Positions 1 through 14,106 of a stretch of DNA of 64,000 nucleotides are shown here, piece after piece. Source of the DNA: Tubulanus polymorphus (lineage: Eukaryota > Animalia > Nemertea); NCBI RefSeq assembly GCF_964204645.1, contig NC_134027.1, positions 7,906,485-7,970,484 on the forward strand, in the 5' to 3' direction. The notes under the pieces are model-generated. The model worked only from the letters and a program-made list of their open reading frames with translations. It did no database searches and was not told the DNA's origin. Within the stretch, counting starts at the first letter, position 1. Each line of letters starts with the position of its first letter. Made by a program: the position numbers and the translations under genes.

Positions 1-3000
1 AGTTCGCAAAATCAAGGACGACAGCTTTTCCAATACGCGAATTATTGTAACTGTTGCTGATTTATGACATTTCTTTTCGCAGCAAAAAATTTGGTATTTA
101 ACATTTTGGGCAAGAGGTCAATACTGACAGTTCAGTATCGGATAGTGATCAACGACCACGTCATGTAAATGTCATATTAGCCAGAATATCACGACACGGA
201 GCTGAAATGATTTTCATCAGCCGCAAATACTGACACCCACGAAGACACCCACGAAGTGTAAGGTCAAGGGTGATCTAACGACAGCAAATCGGTATATCTG
301 GTTCCGTTTACTATGCAATGAGTGACATGAGTTCTCTGTAATTTCCACAGGTACATGCATTGCAAGGCGTCGGGTAACAAAAAAGCCCCGTTGGCACTAA
401 TTTTCTATTTTTCAATCTGTTCGTCTGCAGAAGGAACGCATCAGATATGATATCAGAATTAAACTCTTTTTTAGAATCCAGCCTGCGGAATGTTTGTAAA
501 GAATTTTTGAAACCCATCTAGCCCAACGCACACGACGTAGGGAAACACGGAAACTGGACCATGAAACATGTTTCTGAGCGTTTCCCTGTGTCGTGTGAGT
601 TTACAAGAAACGAGAATCATGGTCTCAGAAAAACAATGTTTCCGGGAACAGGCATATTTTGATTCCGTGTTTCCATGGTTCTCTGGTTCCTTGGTGTCGT
701 ATGCTTTGGTCTTCTGCAAGTGCAAGTTCCATATTCTCTACGGTTGACAATGATATACCGTGAGCTGTTAACAAGTTCATATCATCATGTATGAATGCTT
801 GGGCCTTGATACTTGCGAATGCATACGGGTTAATCATGATAAGAATGTAACAGCGAACAAGTTCATCGACTATCTTTTATATCTATAAATATCATGCATT
901 CACTTGTACAAGCAACGGTCGCCCTTAAAAATTGAAATATTGCTTTTACCAGTAATGGGTAATATATCGTATCGTAATATAGAACTGATAAACCGTAACA
1001 TACGAAGCGATTGATACGGACCGTAGATTGATTGAAGAAGGGTCGCGACGACCCAGATCAATCAGCGCAGATAGCTACGTAGCAAATTGAATGACAAGAT
1101 CAAATAAGTTTTAAGTGGCCAGTGGACACGAGATACTTTCCTGTCTATCTCACGGCCCCGCTTTAACGCAAGCAATCATTTTCGCCGCTGACCAACGCAT
1201 TTGTTTTGATATATTCATTTCTGAAACTTGTACTATTTCAAGGTGATAGAAAAAAAAACATTTTTTTCAAATAGGTCTGTGGGTCTGTGAACATAAGTGT
1301 TAACATAGCTACCCGTAGAGTTCAGTGTATTCGGTTGAGACACAGCGAGATGAGCGTTGTGCGGCACCAATGTGCCATCTAACATACGCTGAATCTATCT
1401 TCCATTTGATACCGCTACATCGTATGATGAACTAACCCGATATATATTGCCTATGTAATACATATTATATCGTATATTTTATCAATAACACATGTTTATT
1501 GTTTCATACAAGTCAATAAAATCGATGATTGAATCGGGGGTCTTTCATCGCAGAAAACATCCGTACGTTCGAAATAACTTCACATAAACATCATATATAT
1601 CGGCTGTTGGTTTTTTCATTAGGATGGAAATTGTTGAGTATTTCAATTTGGAAGGTAAAATAGGTTGTAAAGAAAATAATTCAAATATTTCATTTTTATC
1701 AAAATGATCATCAACTTAACCCTGAAACCATCATCTAATTAATTTAAGAATTGTTTATGGTGTTTTATTTCTGAAAAAAGGCATTTTCACATCTACACGA
1801 TGAAAATTCAAAAATATATACGCTCCCACGTAGCCAGCACCTGTAAGCTGCATATAGTGAAATCATGGGGCATTGGAAAATATGATATCAAATAATAATG
1901 AAAGTCAATATTACTAAAAATTTCAGTAATACCATAATATCTATAATATATATTCAATATCGAGAGTTCTACCAGTCTGGAACTTCAAAATAGTGGTCAC
2001 GTGATCACTGCAATCTTTATATCGTTCGTCCCATGGTCAGGGCGCAAAAATTGATTCATACAGTTTAACTTATATCTGATGTTAATTATTTTCACTGTTT
2101 AGTGATTATTTCAACTATGAATGCTAACAATACATTTCGATATATGTATGAAAGAACAGCTGCGGGGATTGAACCGCATCGTGTTTCTAATTAGAAGGAA
2201 GCTGAGTAGTTGCTGAGGTGACAATGTAAATCGCAGCGGGGTTGGCCTGAAAGCAGCGGTGACAGTTGGATTGTTTCAAAAAATCGATACATTTCGAGAT
2301 GCATGATTTTATGTGTGACGTCCGTCTAGTCGACTATAAGCCCGATATCGCCATGGAAAACCGACCCTCGCAAAGAAACGACCGTCTTTGCAGGCTTTTT
2401 CAGTTTCAATGTCCGTTATTTTCAATTCAAACTTGCACTGGTCAACTAAATTCCTTCTACATGTAGTTTCCCAGATCCAGTTTTTTAATCTCTTGCCAGA
2501 ATATTTCATTTACATTGCTTAGCTTGATTAAAGACTGACCGTTTTCTGCGTTTGCTCCAGTTGTCCATCGGTTCCCGCAGAATCCATGGATCCGATTCCA
2601 TCGTACAATCGTTAACGTCTGCCATGGTGTCACACCAAGTCCCTGTATGCGATGCTGCCACGGCATTGGCAAGCACCATCCATTCCCGAGGTGTGATTGC
2701 ACCAAACCGTTAATCTCTTACTGACCTCTATCCGATCAAAAATTAGAATGACGTCAACACGGTCGGTTGTAACTGTTGCACGAGCGCGTGTCATAGATGC
2801 ACATGCATCACTTGGCGTAGCGCGTTTGGGCTAGCCTATATTGTAGAAAAAGTACTCGACACCATGCGCTTGTTGAAAAGGCAGCTGTTTAGAGCTAGTA
2901 CTTAATATGTTATGAAAAATAATCGAGATCCGATACCGGTTAGGGAAATGCCGATTGATTTGGCCTGATCTTTGATCTTAAGGATGAACATAATTTAGAA

Positions 3001-3334
3001 TTGAAAAACTGAGATGAGGTGTAACACCCAATGTCATAGAACTCATCGACTGCGCTTTGAATGTAGACGGAATTTTGTGTTTTATGTTGGAATAATTCTC
3101 GTCAGAAAACAAGTGCAAGGTTGTTTAAATTGAATAATAACCTTTAGTCTGCTTATCACACATCAACTCATGTGAAAGAGAAGGGCAAATGAAAAAAAAG
3201 TATTACGGCCATGCGAAAAGAATGTTCAATCTTATCATGTATGTATGACATGATTTGTAAGGTTGCGCGTTATCGAGATTAGGCCGGGTTGTATTTTGAG
3301 ACATGACATGTTCAAATCATTCATCGTTGAAAAG

Positions 3335-6300
3335 ATGGATTTAAAATCAGCTCTGCGATTAATGTGTTTTCTAGGAATGCAGCACTACATCCTGTCAGCT
3401 AACCAAAATGGCATCAAACTTGCGGACAATGCTTACACCGGCATCGTTATAGCTATACATAAAGATGTACCACACAATGAGAAGCTACTCACGAACTTGA
3501 AGGTATTTCTGATTACAATTTTTTTTTCAAATGCGTTTGATTCTCAGGCTTGTTCATAACTCTAAGATATGTTTTTATGCAAACAAAATTTTTAAGGATT
3601 ATTTCATCGAAGCCTCGGACCGACTGATGAAAGCCACCAGAAGACGGGCGTATTTCAAAGAAATTACCATTCTTGTTCCGTTGACCTGGCCGCCCAGCGA
3701 CCAATACGAAACAGCTCACGGCGAAACGTACGAAAATTCGATGATAAGAGTGGAGAAAAGTAACCCTGTCTTCGGTGATAATCCGTATGTGTTGCAAAAT
3801 GCTGGTTGTGGTATGCCTGGTGAATACATGCACCTCACTCCAAGCTACTTACTCGATAAAGAAAACACGTATTATCGATGGGGCGATCCAGGTAATTTAT
3901 CCGAAAAATCGATTCTAATTTCCATATATTCCACTCCATTCGTGTAGTAGCACTGGTGCTCCCCCTGTACTTCCAGCAAAATCTATCGTTCACGAATGGG
4001 GTCACCTTCGCTGGGGCTTGTTTGATGAATACGCCAAAGACAAGAACGCCGACAAACACTTCTATTCCGTGGGCAAACAAATATTGCCCGTAAGGTATAA
4101 CCGTAGTACTTGAATAGTTTTACCGGCCGAAATGCCGTTTTATGTTATGTTATATCATTCATAGCAAATCGTTACCGGCACAACACGAATATGATTATGT
4201 ATATTTTTACAATTCATAGGTGCAATAGTGAAATTCAAGGTAAACCGCTTAATATCATAACACAAGGACGTTGTAAAATAGACTTCGATACGTTGCAAGT
4301 GGAGAAAGATTGTCGATTTATACCAGATACCGAGTCTACCGAGTCGAAGGCTTCTATTATGTTTATGCAGTATCTGAATTCGGTAATTTCGATGATATAC
4401 ACATGCTTCGATAAACTACATGTCAAGATTCTAAGACGGCTGTTCAGTGTCAATATCATTTTCATTTTTGCAGGTGACCGATTTTTGTGACGATGGGACG
4501 CTTAATGATGACGGTATCATACATAACAAGGATGCCCCTAACTCACAGAACCGATTCTGTTCCGGGAAAAGTGCGTGGGAGATAATGCGACAACACGAAG
4601 ACTTCAAAAATGGTGAGTTGTAGGAACAAAAAAAATCAACAAATTCGATGCAATGTGGTTTAAAACATGATTGCTTATTGAGAAATCAATCATACTCTCA
4701 CTCATTAAACAGTATTTACGTAAAACATAGGTGAAAGCCACGATAAAAAGAGACATGCTCCGACATGCTTGTATGTAAGTAATATAAGTAATATAAGGAG
4801 CGACGATGGGAAATTCGCATTCATGCCAATCAACGGACCAGACAAGAGCACATCTTAAGAAATGCTCCTTAAGTCTTCAATAACCAGATATGCAATTTTT
4901 TTTCGTTCAGATGCTAATCCGCCAAACACAAATTTAGACGGCACAAAAACAAATTTTCGCCTGGTGCAAGCAACAAATCAGCGCACGGTTCTTGTTCTCG
5001 ACGTCTCTGGATCGATGATGGATGTAAGATTTTATCTGTAAATGTGTCTTATCATACGACACCCTCGCTTGCCAGGATTTCCTCCTTTCAAAGCTCACGC
5101 CTACAAAAACTGCTTAGCGGTAACCTGTCCGCCCAAGACATCTTGGGCATTGTAATAGACCAATGAAGGGTTTTCGGCCAGGGTTTGTGTTTGAGTGAGC
5201 TTCGCCGAAAGAAAAGCAAACCCTGGCAAGCGAGAATGAACTGTATTTAATTCTTACAGACATCGAATGAGGCTAGATTGACTAGGTTACGACAGGCCGT
5301 TCGAAATTACATTTCGAACACTGCCGAGGTGGGCAGTCAGCTGGGAATCGTTGAGTTCAGCAACGACGCGATGGTAAAGCAAGAGCTGCTGACGGTTAGT
5401 GATTCCGCAGCCAGACAAGCGATGTTAGCTAACATTCCAAATCACGATGACGTTAGTGGTGAAACTTGCATCGGTTGCGGTTTGTATCAAGCAGTAAACG
5501 TAAGTTTAACGTCAACCATACAACGGAGAAAATCGAGGAAATTTGGCCTTTTCTGTAACAGAGTGAATCTGATAACTAAATCAACTTAACTCCTCCGATT
5601 ACAGTTACTCAAGAAAGTTGACAAGACCATTCAATGCGATGGCCATATCGTATTGGTAACTGACGGGAAACAAAATCGTTATCCATCAAAGGTCAATAAT
5701 GTATCCATTGGGGTACCCGTTGAAAGTTCCAATGCTGAGGAGGAATACTTCAACAAGATTCAATCGCAGTGTCGCCTAGTAGTTGACATTATTGCCATAT
5801 CAGAATCGTCTTTTGAAGATAAGCTACAGGACATGTCGGACGCGACGGGTGGTCGCTTGTTCTTCTATGACCAGGACACATCGACGACAACACTCTTTGA
5901 TGCATTTGATGCAATTGCCATGGATCGAGGAAGCCGCAGTGCAGCGCACCTTCCTATAACGGTAATACAATCTTGCTATTTCTTCGACATAAGAAAGAGA
6001 CACGTTGAACACTTTTGGAAACAAGATCAGCATTTTAATAGAACATGTTGATTAGGTCATTTGAATAAGAGAGTTCCAATTACATCATTAGCTATATGGG
6101 GTAAAATCAATTCAAATTCTAATAAGAACCAGGCTAATACTCATTAGATATTGAAATTCATCGAAACGTGCTTCCCTATAGCTAGTTTCTCTATAGATAC
6201 GGAGCAAATGAGAGTTTAAGTGCTTATTTTCCGCTTGCCCTAGATGGTATTAGTATTATGTTGACAGGTCGACAGTTTAAAAGTTGTTGTCAATGACAGT

Positions 6301-8071
6301 ATGGCAATCGTGGGTAATTTTGTGATAGACGCAACAATCGGAAATGGAACAGTCATGACTTTTTCCTATGACGATAAAGTAACAGTGAAAGTCACTCGAC
6401 CAGATGGCGCTGTGATTGATCAAACCTCGGCCAATTATCAATGCGACGATGCATTTAAGACGATAACAGTTTCAATTCACAAAGCAGCAGAGGTTCGTTT
6501 AATTTGTAGCATTGATATCACTCGTTTATTCGTATGAGTGCTACCGGTTACGAGTTCAATCTTGAATTAACAATCTTTGTCTTTTTCACTATCTGAAAAA
6601 GGGTATTTGGAAGTACGAAATAACGAGGCAAACAAAAGGGAAATCTACTGTAATGGTCAATATAGTTTCTCGCCCACTGGGCGGTGATCCCATTATCGTA
6701 AAAACGAGTAGGCCTACTGTTTCAAAAAGCGGTGGTGAAAAAGTCTCCGCTTTCGTAACAAGAGGAAATACCGCACCCATCATTGGGGCCCGTGTTGACG
6801 TTGTTATGGGAAGACCAACGAAGGGAACTACAAGCTTTCAACTACTCGATAATGGATCCGGTACAGTTAAATGCATGGCTACCTTAATAAATCCATTATG
6901 CCCTCACTAATGTATCATCACAATTTAGTAAGTCTGTATTTCAGGTGTTGACTTACATATGGATGACGGTATATACAGCGGCACAGTGCCGATGAAAGCA
7001 ATTACAAGTGACGGCACTTATTCGATGAAAATATTTGTCCGTGATCGCAATGATGGAACAACCTACGTCCCCAAATTGACTCATCGTCAAGGTGCTGCTG
7101 GGTTCCCTCTTAATAACACAGGTACGGTATGAATCAAATGATATTTCCAATGCTAATTACTGCCAGTGTAACAGATCTTATCTCAAGACTTGTCGGTGAT
7201 AGATATATCCTCCGAAAAGGAAGAGACTGGTGAATTTCAAAGAGTTATGAACGCGGGGATGTTATCACTCGGGGGCTCTACACCAGACCTGCCGGATTAT
7301 GTGCCCCCATCTAAGATAATGGACCTAGAAGTGACGCAGGCGATTCCAGAAAAATCAGCATTTCGATTGCAATGGACAGCAGTCGGTGACGACGTTGATC
7401 GTGGAACCGGTAATCAATCGACTATAGTAATCTAACGCGTCGTACTCTCTCAATTTTGCATTGTCATGAATTTTTTGAATAGCTTGTAAAATTACTTTCG
7501 TAATGCAGGTGCTTCTGATACTTTTAAGACTGATATAAAACGATTTTAACCGAGATTGAGATACAAATATTCTTGTTCAATTTCAGTTGCGTACAACGAG
7601 GTGTTTTTGTTTACTAACTTGTCGCTGTATCAAGATCAGATTCAGCCTGACGTCACAGCTCTCATCAAAGCTACGAAGTCGATGATCCTCGAAGGTAACC
7701 TATATGACCCGAAACCTGCCGGTGGGAACGAAAATATATTGGTTGCTGCCAGTCGTGCAATATTGGATGAGAGTAACGGTACGTTTTACGTTGCTGTCCG
7801 ATCAGTTGATGCAGCTGCCAATGTTTTAAGCTATTTGTCAAATTACGTGGTGGTTAGTGTCGAAAATCCCGAGTTGGGAAGCGAATTCGATCTTTTGAAA
7901 ACTGATAACAAGCTGCATGAAGGAACTAACGTCGGTGCAATAGTTGGAGGAGTGATTGGTGGTTTGTTAGCCATTGGTATTATCATAATTTTGATTCTTC
8001 TATTCATGTCAAGGCGCGCTAACGGAGATTTATGGAACACTGTCTCTGGATCATTCGCAAAACTAGTTTAA
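3335..8071 (+). CDS. CLCA: CLCA-family (calcium-activated chloride channel regulator) protein, copy A; multi-exon
   Basis: Spliced exons give signal-like MDLKSALRLMCFLG, YTGIVIAI, YFKEITILVP, GCGMPGEYMHLTP, zinc motif HEWGHLRWGLFDEY (3991-), vWA MIDAS VLVLDVSGSM, DDGIYSG, FN3 PPSKIMDL..LQWTAVGDD and a C-terminal TM helix before the stop at 8069-8071; GT-AG introns between ORF fragments. Confidence 0.93.
5064..5234. mobile_element. Small MITE-like insertion in a CLCA-A intron
   Basis: 13-bp perfect terminal inverted repeat CTCGCTTGCCAGG (5064-5076) / CCTGGCAAGCGAG (5222-5234), plus an internal GCCAGGGTTTG/CAAACCCTGGC pair. Confidence 0.55.
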
Positions 8072-8803
8072 ATGAAAAACGAGTTCGTTTATATCATGTT
8101 AGCTATACGGGCGTTGATCTAAAAAAGGAATTAACATGGTTATTCTTAATGTTCAATAAAATCATCCTTTTGTTGCACCATAATTGTAGTAGTTCCTTTA
8201 TAGAATCGTTCTTCGTAGTTTCTATGAAAATATTTTCTTATCTATGTCCAGAAGACTAATCCGTATATGGTTTTACGTAGAATTTATTGCTTAGATATAG
8301 GATGTGGCATTGAACTTCAGATTAGATTGAAATGAATCATTATTTGGTCTAATTTGATAAGGTTTATTTTTCCGTTACGGATAGAAATATACTTAATTTG
8401 ATAAAAAGCATTCAAATGATTTAGCCTAAATACCCAATACATGTATCGTGCTATCTCATTTGGCATATCAACGATCAAATGGTTTAATTATTTGTAAAAC
8501 GTTGTTTATTTATTTTGAAATTGCAATAAATTTTTCCTGTAGAACTGTATTTCTTACTTTTTACCACGAAATAAATACGAATTCTGCTGCTCTGCTTCTT
8601 GTAGAAGTACCGGAGTTAGTACGCTTTTATGATGCCAAATCACATTCCATAAAACCAATAAAACCCAAATGGTCGTGACCAACTAACGAACAGTGATTAT
8701 GAGGTCATTGATATGAAAATAACCTCTTGAGAGTTTTTAAGTAAACCTTTCTAATCATTTTGTACGTGTAGTACGGCCAGTGTCAAATGTGCTCGTCTCC
8801 AAG

Positions 8804-11800
8804 ATGAAGATTGCTTTACATTTTGTACTGATTTTGCTGATACCGGGCGGTGTCATCTGGGGTAAGGTTCTAATTGATGAAACCGGTGGTTATGAAGGTG
8901 TCGTCGTCGCTATAAACAAGGACGTACCGGAAAACCATACAATTATTACCAGAATAAAGGTAAGTGAATATTTCTCAAAGAATTCTTGGTTGTGAATGGT
9001 GTATGTATGAAAGATGGAACTTGACTCTACATTCGGCATCTATCAATTTTTCTATTCAAAATTGTACCTAGGGGACTAAAATGTAATCATATAACCTCTA
9101 AATTCGACATTTTATCACGGATAGGAATACTTTACCGAGGCCTCCACAAGGCTATTTCGTGCCACAAGAAACCGCGTGTACTTCAAGAATATCACAATAT
9201 TGATTCCAAAATCTTGGTCGAACAGGAACTTGAATGTCCCACGCGGTGAGACGTTTGATAACGCTGTCATCAGAGTGGACAAACCTAATCCGATCTTCGA
9301 AGGCAATCCCTACACATTGCAGACAGGAGGATGTGGTGAACCTGGGCAGTATATACACTTAACGCCAGAGTTTTTCCTCGACAAGACAAAAACACTCCAT
9401 AAATACGGACCTCCGAGTACGTTTTTTACTTCACATATCTTACAGTCAATATTTCAGACGCAGTGAAATTTCACCGCTTAAGGTCATGCACATTGAATTC
9501 TATTGTTTCAAGGTCGCACCATAGTTCATGAATGGGGACATGTTCGTTGGGGTCTGTTCGATGAATATCCGGTAGAAAGTCAAGGAGATCGTTACTTCTA
9601 CGCTAGAGGTAAACGTTTCTTGCCAGTAAGGTAGGTCGCCCGTATTGCCTAGTATCTCGTCATTTTGAAATAAAGGTATAAAATTCAGATGTAAAGTTCA
9701 GTACGTAAAATGATTTCTTGATTTTCTGGTAGACGTCAACTTGCCTAATGCGGTACGAAGAGCTTTTCTTGAGTTGTTATCTCATTCTTGCATGCGTGTG
9801 TATATCTTAAAAGGTGCAACGACCAGATCGAAGGGATGTTTGTTGTTCCGGAAACATCTGCCAGGTGCAAAGTCGACTATAAAACGATGCAAGTTGAAGA
9901 TGCCTGTCGTTTCTACCCGGTCGCGGGAAATACCCCAAAGTCTAGCATTATGTTCATGCAGTTTTTAGATAGTGTACGATCGAATTTAGCAACTATGATA
10001 AATCGCTGTGCACATCATTGTTGTCAACTTCATCCAAATATCCATCGGATTCTATAATTTTTTCAGGTCGAAGATTTCTGCGACAATTCCGATGACCCCA
10101 GGACCCGTCACACCTCAGACGCGCCAAATGCGCAGAATCGTTTGTGCAACGGTCAAAGTTCATGGGAGGTCATGCGCAAGCACGGTGATTTCAGAACAGG
10201 TTCGATAATAGTCCAATCGCAAATTTTCTTACGTGAGTATCTTTCGCGATGTCAGATAGCAACCAATATCTGAACAAATCTTTTGATTTTGTAGCTCGGA
10301 ATTACAGTATTTCAAGCATCCCTGGCCCAGTTTTTAATGAAGTTCAGGTTGGGGATAAACGAGTGGTATTGGTTATGGATGTTTCCCCAAGCATGAAGAC
10401 AGTAAGATATTCAAGCCAATTGATTCTCTTTCATTCAAAATTGAATTTTATTCTATCGGAAACTTAAATCAGCTCCCGCTTCGGCTATACATTTTCTTAC
10501 TTAAATCAAGACCTGATGAAATTAGAATTATTAGAAATATACATTTTGATAATTGGATTATCAAATACAGGCAAGTCGGTTTACTGTTATGGTAACAGCC
10601 GTCACAAAATACATCATGACAACTGTAGAAGCTGGGACGTTGCTTGGACTCGTGACATTCAGTTCTGACGGCAGTATACTGATGAATGTAACCAACGTTG
10701 GAAACGACACCGATCGCAAACACATTGTCAGTAAGCTGCCTGTAACATACATCCAAGTTGGATTGACGTCGATTGGTGGAGGACTGAGAAGTGCACTTGA
10801 TGTAAGTATTTTGGGCATTGAGCTCTTTGATTATCAATTCCAATACAGTATCAAAATCTAATCCATTCACCAAATCTATTTTCAGGCGTTGAACGCACAC
10901 AATGGTAAGTGCGACGGGCAGATTTTGCTGTTTAGCGATGGTATTGAAAACACGAAGCCGTCCCTTGATGAAACTATGCCTGCAGTATTGGACTGTAAAG
11001 TTATAGTAGACACGGTAGCGATATCGAAGAATGCAGATAAGCAATTGGAACAACTAGCAAGGCGGACAGGTGGTATGTCATTTTTCCAAAAAGACGGAGA
11101 TGAAGTCGTTGACCTAATGGATTCTGTGGATTCCACAGTGACACTTCGTGATAGTGTTGGGATGGAAGAACCCCACGTGACGGTATTGTAAAAATCATAA
11201 CGTTTTCCTAATTCAATCATTCAGAAAATCTATTGCAAGCGCTTCACTTTACTATACCATTCCACACATTCCAGGTAGAAAGTCTGACTATGGAGATAAC
11301 AGCTAAAAGCCAAGGAAATGGAGAATTTTTCATCGATGAAAGTATAGGCCATGACACCACAGTAACGATCATTTCAAACACGACAGATGCATTTTCAGTT
11401 ACTTTTAATGATCCCAATGGTAGTTCGCACACGGCCAAAAGTAGTGGTAGTAGTTTGGTTCACGGTATAAGTTTGGCGAAGGTAAGGTGGTCATTTATTT
11501 TCAATAGTGTTAATAACTAGTGTCATTATCTTATCCTCAGTATCATTTCCTAGACATATTTGGCTATTATAGGCGGGAACATGGGAATACATTATATCAA
11601 ACAGCGGACACCGGTCGATTTCGATCAGTCTGAATGTAATGTCAAAGCCGCGAAAAGGAATTGAGCCGATAAAAACATATGGGTTTGTGAACTTGGGTGA
11701 TCGCGAAGTTATCTTCAGTCCCACATCTCGGGTCGGTGTGTTTTCGCGGGTTACGCAAGGATATGCTCCGGTGCTGGGTGCTAAGGTCATCGCTATTATA

Positions 11801-13173
11801 GGTCGCCCATCCAGTACGAATGACACCAGCCTTGAGCTGAAAGATGACGGAGCGGGTAAGCTATTTGCTCGATGATTTACAATCAGTGCAAATGGTATCG
11901 GGATCATATTTTGCCACCATACGTACGTATGTATTCTAATATAGGGTCCGATGTGATGAAAAACGATGGAACGTATTCAGGAACTTTCATTGCCAGTAAA
12001 TTTGATGGAGATGGTCGTTATAGCGTCAAGATAAAAGTAGACGGTGTCGACAGTCGAGTTGTGGTCAAAGGAGATGGAACCGGTGCCGCTCCCATTCCGC
12101 AGAACATCGATAGAAGTATCTATCATTAATTTCATTTGGATTAAGTTGACAAAATGATTACTGCGTGCCCAAATTATTTAGAATTATAAAAATTAAGTAA
12201 CCGCAGCAGTATTTTCACATAGAACAAGATACAGCCTAGATGAAATATATGTCGAATAAATTCAAACAGGACCTAATCTTCAAATCATTTTCAATCTCAG
12301 GTTTAGTTTCTAACAATGGTACTCAAACCAGACCAACTGGGCGGTTCGTGCGACTTTCATCGGCCGGAGTATTCAAAGTAACCAACTACACTTCACCGCC
12401 GGGTGGAATACTGGACGAGATACCTCCAGCTCGTGTAACTGATCTGAAAGTAACAGCAGTAGATATACTTTATCAAACGGCAACGCTCGTTTGGACGGCC
12501 GTCGGAGATGACATTGACCAAGGCAGCGGTAAGTGGGCTTATTTCTTTCACTTCGAATGGATACCTGTTAGATCGTGATTACAGACTATAAGAGCTAACT
12601 TAATCCGTTTTGAAAATAATATCTAAAGATCTAAAGCTGTGAAGATTTTATTACCGGATTGGCTGGTTTTATCAATAGAATTCTGATATTTCTCTTTCAG
12701 CAAAAACCTATGAAATAGTAATTATTTCACCGACAGCTCAAAAAAACATTAGCACAGAGGATATCATATCGGGAAATTATGATAAGTCGGTACCGTCGGG
12801 TCAGACAGTAATTATAGCTGTAAATACGTCTACGTTTGATATAACTCAAGGTAGTCTGTCTTTCGGCGTTCAGGGAATCGACGAGGCTGGAAACAAAGCA
12901 GAGATGTCTAACATCGCCACAGCTATATTCGTAATTCCGGAGGGTGCCGATTTTGACATGATGAACGGGCCACCGATAAAAATAATTCCACCCAAACCTT
13001 ACGAAAAAATCTACATCATTGTAGGCGTTGTTCTCGGCGCTATTGTATTAGTGTTTTTTATTGTAGCACTAGCAACGTATATTAAGAGAAGGGGTAAGGT
13101 TAGCACTGCGAGTTATATGGTGAATTACGAAAATAGCAGTCGTAATGTGATAGTGCAAAGTGAAATTGCGTAG
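8804..13173 (+). CDS. CLCA: CLCA-family protein, copy B; multi-exon tandem paralogue
   Basis: Signal peptide MKIALHFVLILLIPGGVIWG, YFKNITILIP, GGCGEPGQYIHLTP, HEWGHVRWGLFDEY, vWA VLVMDVSPSM, LLFSDG, KNDGTYSG, FN3 PPARVTDL..WTAVGDD, TM helix IYIIVGVVLGAIVLVFFIVALATYI; exon junctions parallel copy A. Confidence 0.93.
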
Positions 13174-14106
13174 AAACTATGACGAGATTAGAAAAAAAAA
13201 CATTGTAAGAATAACCAATAACCAATTACAATTTCATAGCGATATTCCCAATGCTTTTGTGCAAAAAGGTGATATTGTATCGATTTTCAGATTCCATTTG
13301 CGCGAGAAAAAATGTAATAAATTCAGCGTCAATGTATAAATCGATGTTTCTATTGCAAATATGTTGCTCGACCATCGCACAGATGAAGTTGGGCTCCATA
13401 AGTTATCCTGCATTGTCATTCATTTTTTCCATTTTCTAAAAACTATTTGTATCTTTTTATCATATTTCATTGGTCCCAGGTGGATTTCGACAGTCTTAGC
13501 AACATTCAAACCGTGTGAATCTCTTTTCAGTTTTGTAAAATTCATGTTTTAGATTTGCAACAATGCGACTTAAGAGCCATATAAAACAAACTGTGGCTAA
13601 CGATGAGCGTAGCGGCAGCACCTTACGGTATCCGCCTTGCGGGCTACGAGTTCACAGCGAAGTGACCGTCGCGGCAGTGCTTGCCAGAGTATATTCACAT
13701 TAGTGTATGACAACTCCGCTAACGATGAGCATAGTGGCAGAACCTTATGGTAGAGCGAGGCTGCACCATTGATTACAATTACAATTTACACCGCCTTTTA
13801 TGTCGACTGGTGACCAACTCGTTAACGACTTGTCTATCTAGGCTAATCCCTGTTAAACTGCTAGTACTTAGAGACGATTGCATAGCCGACCGCAGAACAT
13901 GTGCGACTCATTGCATCTGGCAAATCCCTCATGTCGCGGTTTTGCGCACTGGGCACAGAGAATCGGATGAGGCCACCTGAGTCTGGTATTATTAAGGTGT
14001 ATCTTAGTTATCGTACGAGAATGCGTCCCCAACAACCGTTGCTATAGCATAACCATTGATACGAAATGGACGAAGCGGTGGTTACCAAGTGTTGGGGACA
14101 TGCACG

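Noticed and set aside
311-837. Overlapping short minus-strand ORFs, possibly a decayed transposon or gene fragment
   Set aside because: No motif I can identify and no consistent splice model.
2150-2710. Short ORFs and a GGTTCAATCC B-box-like motif on the minus strand
   Set aside because: No cloverleaf or A box and no identifiable protein family.
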